Positions 47,901 through 55,072 of a stretch of 64,000 nucleotides of DNA are shown piece by piece. Origin of the DNA: Candidatus Hydrogenedentota bacterium (GTDB lineage Bacteria; Hydrogenedentota; Hydrogenedentia; Hydrogenedentales; SLHB01); contig DAIQLC010000002.1 of assembly GCA_036789645.1 (NCBI GenBank), forward strand, positions 22,398-86,397. Direction: 5' to 3'. Position 1 is the first letter of the stretch. Every line of letters starts with the position of its first letter. Both the position numbers and the translations under genes were made by a program. A model generated the notes under the pieces. It was not told the origin of the DNA. It did not search any database and saw only the letters and a list, made by a program, of their open reading frames with translations.

Positions 47901-49628
47901 CTGGCGCACGATGGGTTCGACGGGATTTTTGCGTCGTGTTACGCCAACCCGAACGGGGATCGCACCACCGCCGAGACCTCGACCGACTTCTACGCCCGCC
48001 TGCTCTACCGGGTGCGCCGGCAGGATCCGGCCCGGATGCGGGATCTGGTCGACCGGGCTTCCCGCTTCGGCATCAAGGTGTATGCGCCAATCATCTACCA
48101 GTCCCTGGGCACGCCCGAGAGCGACGAGGGGCTGCGCACGCTCGTGCGCGACATTCTGGCCGAGTTTCCGGACATTCAGGGGTACATCCTGCTGACGGAA
48201 GGCTTCTGGTACCGGAGGTGGGGCGGTCTGCACGGCGCGGACGAGGAGCACGTGAAGGATTGGGCGCGGAACTGGGCGCGGGCGGTGGCCATCGTGACGG
48301 AGGAGTGCCACCGGGTCAATCCCGCGCTCGAGATACTCCCGTGGGAATACAACATCGATTTCCGGCCGGGAAACGTCGCGATGAAACGCTATTTCATCCA
48401 GCAACTACCGGCCGGGAGCATTCCCCTGCTGACCTGGGAAAACGGGAAGAGCTTTGAGCTCGACGGCATGAAGGGGCATCTGCGCGATTATTCGCTGAAC
48501 CAGATCGGGCCCGCCGAGGTGACCGAGGCCCAGATTGCCGAAGCGCGCGCGCGCAACATGAAGGTCTACAGCAAAGCCGACACGTTCGCCGCATGGCAGT
48601 TTGGCACCAGCCCGTACCTCCCGTTTCCGTATCAATGGTACGAGCGCTACAAAGCGCTCGAAGCGCATGGCGTCAACGGAACGCTGGAGAGCCACAGCAG
48701 CGGCTATACGCCGAACATGATGACCGGCCTGCGGGCATGGTATTGCTGGACGGACGCGCCGCCGTTCGAGGCGCTGCTTGGCGCCGTGGCCGCGCGCACA
48801 TTCGGAGACGCCCAGAAGGACCTGGTGTTGCAGGCCTGGGACCACTTCAGCCAGGCGATCCGTCTCGTGCCCGATACCGGCCCGAATATGGGTACCAACA
48901 ACGCCGTCGGGAATCCCCTGTTTTTCCGGGAGCCGCCCCTGCGAACCACGACGTTTACGCATTCCTGGACGGACCACCAGAAATGGATGGGATACTTCGG
49001 CGCGGAGGTCAATCCGTACTGGCCGTTTACGGTATCGCGGATGGTGTTCTACCCCGATTTCACGAACCGGGTGAACAACGCCGAACTCTATGCGCGAAGC
49101 GCCACCGGCGTGGAGGTTGGACGAGAAACGAAGGTCCTCCCGGTATTCCTCGACTACCTGCGGCGGGCGGCGGACGAAATGGAACTTGGGCTGAGATTGT
49201 ATCGGGAGGCGGCGCTCGCTAGCCCCGAGCCCAGGCGGCGGGAGGCCGTGCGCGAAGTGGTGGTCGCCGAGCAACTGCAACGGATGATGCTAAGCGATGG
49301 CGCCGTGCTTGAGTTCGAGGATCTCCGCCTGCAGCAGGCCGCGGAACCCGACCCCGGGAAGGCGGAGGCGATACTGGACCGGATGGAGACGATCCTGCAG
49401 GAGGAAATCGCCCGGACGGAACGAGCGCTGCTCGCCGCATCACGGGATTCGCGTCTCGGATTCCAGTTCGAGCAGGATTACGTGTACACGCCGTATTCGC
49501 TGCGCGAGAAGCTCGAGCACCTGCGCGAGACGGCCGAGACCCACTTGCCGGAACGCCGGCGCGAGCTCAGCGCCGCGCGTCAGCTGGTTCCGGAAGCAGT
49601 GACAACCGATTCGGGGCAGGGCAGGTGA
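44973..49628 (+). CDS. Giant (1551 aa) secreted protein: in-frame tandem duplication of a ~760-aa uncharacterised glycoside-hydrolase-like module (DUF4838 / GH20-N-like architecture is a guess).
   Basis: ATG at 44973 with RBS gaaggtgagg. Signal peptide MTFLLLSVSCSLHLLAAAPAQVTA. The two halves align over their whole length, for example GIKVYAPVIYQYMGTPESEEGLRNLVREILAQFPDIQGYVLLTEGFWYKQWGG against GIKVYAPIIYQSLGTPESDEGLRTLVRDILAEFPDIQGYILLTEGFWYRRWGG. The same nucleotide string cgcgaccagttgcc occurs at 45357 and 47637 (offset 2280 nt = 760 codons). Confidence 0.8.
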   Translation: MTFLLLSVSCSLHLLAAAPAQVTAQDFAREIERALPVEERYACHAWLSEAPVHVPGRNPDTRISAGEMAFAEDGWRLVYDQRSGAVLQTAVLDFQDYLKVSMGVDLAVEGRDSLEGWENLPRCIVVGTRDQLPGCGAALTGPKDYELTATPERVTVCGYDERGAMFGLYNLEARMNLREGPFLPADLSVVRHSLYNARLVHSWMGWMEFPDTLLSRLAHDGFDAIYASALANPNGDRTTAETSTDFYARILFRMRHQDPARMRDLIDRASRYGIKVYAPVIYQYMGTPESEEGLRNLVREILAQFPDIQGYVLLTEGFWYKQWGGGHGASEAYMHDWAQNWSRAVGIVAEECHRVNPAIEILPWEYNIDFRPQNAPMKRYFIQQLPQDTIPLVTWENGKSFEIDGFQGHLRDYAISQVGPAEVTQAQIEEARRRGMNVYTNGDTFVCGAQLQTVPYHPFPYQWYERYKAMQEHGVNGTLESWSTGYSPSFMTELRAWYCWSGAPPLDELLRAIAARNFGAGSEETVLSAWDRFSQAIRLVPDTGPTMGTSHAIGNPLFFQEPPARTTRFTRSWTDEGTWMGYLGGEINPWWPFTVSRLVFCPDFTNQSNRAESYARSVSGIESRPDERFLPVFLKYLQAAADKLEDGLTLYRAAALASPEAKRDGALREVVVVEQIQRMLLSNRAILEFEDLRLQLAAEQDSGNAGAILDRMETILREEIARTELSLLAAARDSRLGFQSECDYVYTPYSLQEKLELLRETLDVQLPARRGLAVATGSAVDVPDDDFSREVARVLPPEESYAYHNRLSQDPVHVPRRNPEASANPDELALPDQGWTLVWRQRGGAVLQNAVQDFQDYLKTSMGVEVNVEGRDSLDGWQGLTGCIVAGTRDQLPDCGAALTGPKDYAITAAPGRVVVCGYDERGVMFGLYNLEARMNLREGPFLPANLNTVRHSLYDMRMIESWMGWMEWPDTLLSHLAHDGFDGIFASCYANPNGDRTTAETSTDFYARLLYRVRRQDPARMRDLVDRASRFGIKVYAPIIYQSLGTPESDEGLRTLVRDILAEFPDIQGYILLTEGFWYRRWGGLHGADEEHVKDWARNWARAVAIVTEECHRVNPALEILPWEYNIDFRPGNVAMKRYFIQQLPAGSIPLLTWENGKSFELDGMKGHLRDYSLNQIGPAEVTEAQIAEARARNMKVYSKADTFAAWQFGTSPYLPFPYQWYERYKALEAHGVNGTLESHSSGYTPNMMTGLRAWYCWTDAPPFEALLGAVAARTFGDAQKDLVLQAWDHFSQAIRLVPDTGPNMGTNNAVGNPLFFREPPLRTTTFTHSWTDHQKWMGYFGAEVNPYWPFTVSRMVFYPDFTNRVNNAELYARSATGVEVGRETKVLPVFLDYLRRAADEMELGLRLYREAALASPEPRRREAVREVVVAEQLQRMMLSDGAVLEFEDLRLQQAAEPDPGKAEAILDRMETILQEEIARTERALLAASRDSRLGFQFEQDYVYTPYSLREKLEHLRETAETHLPERRRELSAARQLVPEAVTTDSGQGR
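45040..47300 (+). repeat. Tandem duplication unit 1 (coding).
   Basis: By-eye alignment to unit 2 gives roughly 80-85% nucleotide identity in the stretches compared. Confidence 0.8.
47340..49625 (+). repeat. Tandem duplication unit 2 (coding); lacks its own signal peptide.
   Basis: Follows unit 1 after a short linker (LAVATGSAVDVPDDDFS); same frame, no intervening stop. Confidence 0.8.
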
Positions 49629-49703
49629 AAACCGGACCGGCCGGGGCGCATACTGGAGGGGGGACAACCATGGCTTCCCGCCAAGGAAGAGGAGGACCTG
49701 AAG

Positions 49704-50852
49704 ATGGAACGCCGCGAATTTCTTCAATGCACGCATCTCTGTGGGGCGGGACTCCTGGGGCTCAGCAGCATCGCAGCCGCCCAGACGGGTTCTCAGGAAA
49801 AGGGAGACGCGACCATGCAGACGCCACTCGTAATCCGGCCGTATCAGTTGCTCTGTACGATCTGCTCCCTGGGGGCGGAGGGGGGAAGCGGCGTCCCGCA
49901 GTATGAACGGTGCCGGGCCATCCGGGACGCGATCTGGAAGAACCCGGACGTCCCCGTGACGCTTTCGTGCAGCGCGGGAGCGCTGTTTTCCTACCAGGAG
50001 TCGGGCACGGAGGAAGACACCCCGGAAAGCGAGGAGTTCAACCGCAAACGCGACCTGGATGTGCTCCAGATTCTCAGCCTGCCGCCAGGCATCACGCTGC
50101 CCGCGAGAGCCCTGTTCAAAACCCTGGTCATGGGGGTTTCGACGGCATCGGGCCTCTGCGCGTATCACACGGTGACGGGGAAGGCCTGGGAAGGCTGCCC
50201 GCTGGCGTATAGCGGCAACTACGAGCGCGGCCACGAAAAGGGGATCGAAGCCCTCATCCCGCCCAGGTCCGAGGACGAGATGGCGGCGGAGAAGAAAAAG
50301 TCGCTTGAAGCGCTGTATGCGGCCGATGAGGTCACCGTGCGGCCGCACATTCTCGCATGCGCGGTATGCCAGTACGGGGAAGGTCTCCGCCCGCCGTTCA
50401 AGGAAGACAACCTCCCCGAACTGATTGACGTGATGCTCCACCAGAAACCCGACATCAAGGTCAAACTGGTGCGCGGGGCGGACTGGATGATGTGCGCACC
50501 GTGTCCTGGCCGCATTCCGGAACTCAACGCGTGTTCGCACGTTTGGGGCTGCGGGGAACTGGACAGCCAGAAACGCGACCTGGACCTGCTCCAGAAGCTT
50601 GGGCTCGAGTTCGGAAGCACGATGCGGGCCCGGGATTTCTATCGCCTGCTCTTTGAGCGCATGACGACCACCCACGGCATCCCCGACACGTGCATCAAAT
50701 ATAACGCGATGCCGTCGGTCTGGTGGGACGAGTGCGCGGGGCACCTGTACCAGGGCAACCCCCGTGCGAAATACGAAAAGGGCAAGCGGGAACTGATGGA
50801 AAAACTCCAGATTGCGCGCGGCGGCGCAGGGCCGTCCACCACACCGGGTTGA
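49704..50852 (+). CDS. TAT-exported Cys-rich protein made of two homologous DUF1284-like modules (function unknown).
   Basis: RBS ggaggacctgaag before the ATG at 49704. TAT motif ERREFLQ. Module 1 (RPYQLLCTIC ... KRDLDVLQILSL ... GCPLAY) parallels module 2 (RPHILACAVC ... CAPCPG ... KRDLDLLQKLGL ... ECAGHLY). It lies 75 nt downstream of the giant duplicated gene on the same strand. Confidence 0.7.
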   Translation: MERREFLQCTHLCGAGLLGLSSIAAAQTGSQEKGDATMQTPLVIRPYQLLCTICSLGAEGGSGVPQYERCRAIRDAIWKNPDVPVTLSCSAGALFSYQESGTEEDTPESEEFNRKRDLDVLQILSLPPGITLPARALFKTLVMGVSTASGLCAYHTVTGKAWEGCPLAYSGNYERGHEKGIEALIPPRSEDEMAAEKKKSLEALYAADEVTVRPHILACAVCQYGEGLRPPFKEDNLPELIDVMLHQKPDIKVKLVRGADWMMCAPCPGRIPELNACSHVWGCGELDSQKRDLDLLQKLGLEFGSTMRARDFYRLLFERMTTTHGIPDTCIKYNAMPSVWWDECAGHLYQGNPRAKYEKGKRELMEKLQIARGGAGPSTTPG

Positions 50853-50904
50853 TGGAAGCACGGCCCGCGTGCGCGCCGCGTGGGCGTACGCGGGCCGTTT
50901 CTGT

Positions 50905-53415
50905 TCATTTCTTTTTTGCGTACCGCACGATGAGGCTCGCGGGCATCTGCGCGAGTACGGCCTCGATGCCATCTTTGGCGAGTGATTCTCCGGTGCGTTC
51001 TTCGAGCGTGACCGTTCCGTCCTCCGCGAGGTATTCCAGCGCGTAGACGGCGCTGGGGGCGAGGGCGCTGAGCCGCACGGCGAAGTGCGTGTAGGGCGAC
51101 TGGCTGCGCCGGAAGAAATAGACCGCGCCTTCGCCCAGGTCGGGCCGGTCAAGCTGGAACGCGCACCAGTGGCCTGCGCCGTTCATGCCGAGCGTCATGG
51201 GGTAGATGTCGCCGTACCAGTATTCTGAGAGCGCCCTGGCTTCTTCGACGAAGCGACGCCCCTGTTCGGCGGGGAACGAGGGGTTGCGGTAGTCCCACTG
51301 GCAGATGAGACCCGCGGTGGCGGCCGCGCGCATGGCATAGGGCTCGGGCTGCCACGCGGTTGCCGTGTGTGCGGGCAGGTAATAGCTGATCCCGATGGAG
51401 TGGCCGGGGTTCCAGTCCGCGTTGCCGGGGAAACAATTGGTGTCGCTGCGCCAGAGCGGGATGGAGCGCGTGCAGGTTTCGAGATCGATGCGGCGTCCGC
51501 CGCTGGAGCAGTTGTCGATGATTAGCCCCGGATGGCGTGCGAGCAACTCGTCCCACATGGCATACAACCCCTCGATATACCGGATTTCCGTGAGGCCTTC
51601 CCGGCCGGGAGAGTCATTTTTGCGCCAGTATTCGAGGGGGTCCATGTTGAAGTCGTTGCGGTAGATGTCGAGCCCGTATTCCTCGATCCGGGCGGAGAGG
51701 GTGTCGGTCAGCCAGCGGCGCGCTTCGGGGAGATCGAGGCGGTAGAGGCCGCCTTGTTCGCCGCCGTGAACGAAGTCGGGGTGTTCCGAGGCGATCTGCG
51801 TGTCGGGTGCTACCCGTTCCGGCTCAAACCAGAGCAGAAACCGGATGCCGTTCTTGTGGCAGAGGTCCCCCACGGGCCGGAGGCCATTGGGAAACAGTGC
51901 CGGGTCCGCGAACCAACTTCCGACGCCGGTCGGGAAGCCTTTGGGGAACCAGGCCGCGTCGAGCCAGTGGGTGTCGAACCCGAGCGCGGCGGCGTTCTGT
52001 GCGGCGTCGAGCTGGCCGGCTTCGGTGGCCCATTCGGGGTCTTTGCGGTAATACCGGTCGAAGCACTGGAGCGCAACGGGCGGCACGACGGGCTGTCCGT
52101 CGATTTTGGGCAGGTATTCGGCGAGCAGAAGGCGGCGGAACCGGTTGTGGGCCGTCGCCGCGTCGGCAGTATTGACGAGCAGGAGGATGCGCGGCGTGCG
52201 GATCTTCTCCCCGGGATGCAGGGCGAGGCGCGTGCGCTCCATGCCGGCGCGCAGGCGCAGGTGTTCCGGGTCTTCCCGCACGGCGGAAAGGGCCCACTGA
52301 CCCGACCAGCCGATCGCGCCGACCACTGTGTTGTTGCCAAATCGCAGGTCGAAAAAGGGGAAGGCGCCGTTTGACGAGCGCCCGCCCTGCGGCGCAAGCG
52401 CGAAGGAGTTGCCGGGCTCGAGCTTTACGGTGGCGTTCTCGAAACTGGCTTCGCTGAACACGTCGCCGCGATTGTGGCCGAATTCAACCGGAAGCGCGGC
52501 CGTGCCGGTGTGCATGGTCAGGTCCAGGGCCTGGATGTCTTCGATGAGCGGGGTGTCGGCCGTGCCGCCGTTTTCAAACGAAAGCACCCAGTCCACCGCG
52601 GGATGCGCCTGGTAAACCTTGATTTCGGCGGTAACGCACAAGCGCGTGGCGGGGTCGGTCCACCGGGCGGTGCAGAGCCGGTACGTGCCGCAATCTCTGG
52701 ACGAAGCCGCGCGCTCCCAGTCCGCGAGGAAATCGCGGGAATTCCTGTCGGCATATCGAAAAGAGAAGGGGGCCTGGCCGGGCGCCATCGGCGGACGGTG
52801 GTGGCCGTCATCGAGCCAGACGGCCGTGCCATCGGCCAGGATGTAGCGGGCGTCGGCCCAGTCCGCCTGATCATGGGCGGGGCCGTCGGCGGTCGTGTCG
52901 GTCTTGAGCGTCAGGGATTGCGCGCCGGCCGGCAGGTCGACGGTTACGTGGTACGGCGCATCGCCGCCGTGCAGGACAGGCGTCTGCATGGCTGCGGCGC
53001 CGTCGACGTCAACGATGAAGACCGCGCTGCCCCGTTGTCCGCCCGTGTCGGGGTTGTTGTCGATGCCGGCGAAGGCTTCAAAGCGGACCGCACCCTCGGG
53101 GAGCGTGGCCGCGATCTCGCTGTTGGCGTGCGTGCCCAAACCGCGCTCGAAACCCCGGTCGCCGATACGCAGGGGGGTGTCGACGCAGGACATGCGAAAA
53201 TGCAGCTCGCTGAAGTCCTGCCGTTTGAGTTGGAGTTCGACAGGCGCCGCCGTGGATGAGTCCAGGGCGGGGTCGCCGAACACGTCCGCGGCCCATGCCG
53301 CAACGGCGGCACGTTCATCCGGACCCGCCGAGACGGCCTCGGCCCGCGCGGCGCTCTGGGCAAACAGAAAAGCACACAGAACCAGAACGTAGACGGCAAT
53401 CGACGAATCTCTCAT
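50905..53415 (-). CDS. Glycoside hydrolase family 36 alpha-galactosidase-like enzyme with N-terminal NPCBM carbohydrate-binding domain, secreted.
   Basis: ATG at 53415 with RBS caggag. Signal peptide MRDSSIAVYVLVLCAFLFAQSAARA. NPCBM-like segment LRIGDRGFERGLGTHANSEIAATLPEGAVRFEAFAGIDNN. GH36 barrel motifs YGLDIYRNDFN and DNCSSGGRRIDLE. The track ORF extends upstream to 54513 only because no stop intervenes. Confidence 0.8.
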   Translation of the reverse strand: MRDSSIAVYVLVLCAFLFAQSAARAEAVSAGPDERAAVAAWAADVFGDPALDSSTAAPVELQLKRQDFSELHFRMSCVDTPLRIGDRGFERGLGTHANSEIAATLPEGAVRFEAFAGIDNNPDTGGQRGSAVFIVDVDGAAAMQTPVLHGGDAPYHVTVDLPAGAQSLTLKTDTTADGPAHDQADWADARYILADGTAVWLDDGHHRPPMAPGQAPFSFRYADRNSRDFLADWERAASSRDCGTYRLCTARWTDPATRLCVTAEIKVYQAHPAVDWVLSFENGGTADTPLIEDIQALDLTMHTGTAALPVEFGHNRGDVFSEASFENATVKLEPGNSFALAPQGGRSSNGAFPFFDLRFGNNTVVGAIGWSGQWALSAVREDPEHLRLRAGMERTRLALHPGEKIRTPRILLLVNTADAATAHNRFRRLLLAEYLPKIDGQPVVPPVALQCFDRYYRKDPEWATEAGQLDAAQNAAALGFDTHWLDAAWFPKGFPTGVGSWFADPALFPNGLRPVGDLCHKNGIRFLLWFEPERVAPDTQIASEHPDFVHGGEQGGLYRLDLPEARRWLTDTLSARIEEYGLDIYRNDFNMDPLEYWRKNDSPGREGLTEIRYIEGLYAMWDELLARHPGLIIDNCSSGGRRIDLETCTRSIPLWRSDTNCFPGNADWNPGHSIGISYYLPAHTATAWQPEPYAMRAAATAGLICQWDYRNPSFPAEQGRRFVEEARALSEYWYGDIYPMTLGMNGAGHWCAFQLDRPDLGEGAVYFFRRSQSPYTHFAVRLSALAPSAVYALEYLAEDGTVTLEERTGESLAKDGIEAVLAQMPASLIVRYAKKK

Positions 53416-53515
53416 GGGACGGTACTCCTGTTGACCGGGTTCTCGCCCTTTCGCGAGGTACGGACGGAAAAGCAAACACCGGCATGCCTGGTCCCGCGGC
53501 TGCGCCACCAATTTC

Positions 53516-53548
53516 TTGACGCCTTTCACGGACACTTGATAGTATAAT
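53516..53548 (+). promoter_or_regulatory. Promoter-like hexamers (TTGACG ... TATAAT) in the divergent region upstream of the V-type ATPase operon.
   Basis: Perfect TATAAT at 53543-53548 in an AT-rich patch. The nearest -35-like TTGACG is 21 nt upstream, so spacing is non-canonical. Confidence 0.25.
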
Positions 53549-53714
53549 ATCCGTTCTGTATCTAAAACGAGGGAGTCTGTCCGTAGCGCCCATCCTCCAG
53601 GACGATGCCACCCTGATTCCGTCAGGGAACGTGGCGAGAGCCCGTGGCACGTCCCGGAATGAATGGGGTGATACGACACCCGCCTTCCTGAATCATACCG
53701 GCGCAGGATACAAC

Positions 53715-54029
53715 GTGAAAACGCAAATCGAACAGATCCTTCAGGCGGAACAGGACGCCAAGGCCCGGGTAGCCGCGGCCGAGCAGAAAGCTCGGGAAAT
53801 CGCCGCCGCGGCTGCCGCGGAGGCGGCCCGCACCGCCGCCGGATTCCGGGACGCCGCCAAGGCGCAAGTCCAGGAACTGCTTCAACATACGCGTGAGGAG
53901 GCGGAGCGGGAAAAGAGGCTGCTGATTGAACACGCCCGTGCCGAAGCCGCGGAAATTGCCGGGCGCGAATGGACCGGGGGGACGTCCCGGATAGACGAGG
54001 CCGTCCGGTCCCTTGCCGGACTCCCCTGA
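53715..54029 (+). CDS. V/A-type ATP synthase peripheral-stalk subunit (G/H-like), ~104 aa coiled coil.
   Basis: Ala/Glu/Arg/Lys-rich heptad sequence KTQIEQILQAEQDAKARVAAAEQKAREIAAAAAAEA, typical of V-ATPase G/H or b-like subunits. GTG start at 53715; alternative GTG at 53631. Its stop overlaps the next gene start (TGATG). Confidence 0.5.
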   Translation: MKTQIEQILQAEQDAKARVAAAEQKAREIAAAAAAEAARTAAGFRDAAKAQVQELLQHTREEAEREKRLLIEHARAEAAEIAGREWTGGTSRIDEAVRSLAGLP

Positions 54030-55069
54030 TGCGCGCTCTCGCCCGATATTCTGAGGCGAATGCCATCATTCGCGCGAGCCTCTCCAGCCTGCTCACCAGG
54101 GGCCAACTGGATGAGATCCTGCGCGCGGGCGCCTTCTCGGATTCGTGGAATGCACTAAAGTCGACCGCGTACGCGGCATGGCTGCCCGAGATTGCGGCCC
54201 CGGCGCCGCTTCCCGTGGAGCGGGCCCTGAAGGATGCGACGGCATTGCGGTTCAAACGGGCCATCCGTTCGTTGAAGGGCAAGGCGGGGGAGGTGGGCGC
54301 CCTGCTGCTGTCCCGGTGGGAGCTGGACGACCTCCACGATGCGCTCCGGGCGTGGCACGCTAAAGACGCGGCGTATACTCCTCCGGTTTCCGGCGTTTCG
54401 CTGGGAACCGCCGTGCCGTTCCGCGACATCGCGCGTGCCGAAACGCTGGAGGCGGTGGGCGCTCTGCTCAGCAAGACGCCGTATGCGAAGCCTGTCCTCG
54501 AGACCGCGCGCATTTACCGGGAGACCCGCAGCCTGTTCCATCTGGAGATTGCCCTGGAGAAGGGGCACTATCGCCGGCTGATCGCCGCGATTCAGGACCT
54601 GGGCGGACACGATGCCGGCCACGGGCTGCGATTGATTGCGGCCGAGATCGACCTGGTGAATCTGTCATGGCTCTCGCGGTGTGCGTCGTATTACGAGGCC
54701 CCGGCAGCGCTCTTGCGCGAGGCCATGATCCCGAACGTGTCCGCCCTCGCGAGCACACTCGAAAAGACGGGGTTTTCGGCGGAAGAGGTCGCTGAGGTGT
54801 CGCTCCAGTACGTGTCGGAACTGGCGGGGGACCAGGGGGGCAAGGCGCCCGGGCTGGAACGGATTGCGCTGCTCGAATCGTTCGTGATTGAGGCGGCGGT
54901 TGACGCGGCGCGGCGCGAACTTGCGGGATTCCCGTTCTGCATCGCTTGTGTGATTGCCTTCTATTTCCTGATACGTACGGAATTGCGCAATCTGAGGGGT
55001 ATTTTCGCGGGACGTGCCGCCGGGTTTTCGCCCGATGAGCTGTCCGGCAGGCTTTGTGGAATCAGGTGA
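54029..55069 (+). CDS. V/A-type ATP synthase subunit C (V0 d-subunit homologue).
   Basis: All-helical ~346-aa protein in the canonical position before subunit I. Overlapping start. Family resemblance only. Confidence 0.7.
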   Translation: MRALARYSEANAIIRASLSSLLTRGQLDEILRAGAFSDSWNALKSTAYAAWLPEIAAPAPLPVERALKDATALRFKRAIRSLKGKAGEVGALLLSRWELDDLHDALRAWHAKDAAYTPPVSGVSLGTAVPFRDIARAETLEAVGALLSKTPYAKPVLETARIYRETRSLFHLEIALEKGHYRRLIAAIQDLGGHDAGHGLRLIAAEIDLVNLSWLSRCASYYEAPAALLREAMIPNVSALASTLEKTGFSAEEVAEVSLQYVSELAGDQGGKAPGLERIALLESFVIEAAVDAARRELAGFPFCIACVIAFYFLIRTELRNLRGIFAGRAAGFSPDELSGRLCGIR

Positions 55070-55072
55070 GCT

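Noticed and set aside
44892-48404. Minus-strand ORFs of 721 aa (44892..47057) and 410 aa (47172..48404)
   Set aside because: Mirror frames of the giant tandem gene. The plus frame carries the signal peptide, the RBS and the conserved duplicated protein sequence.
53416-54513. Upstream extension of track ORF 50905..54513 (to 1202 aa)
   Set aside because: The GH36 gene has a strong start (RBS caggag, ATG at 53415, signal peptide). The extension reads through the divergent promoter and antisense of ATPase genes.
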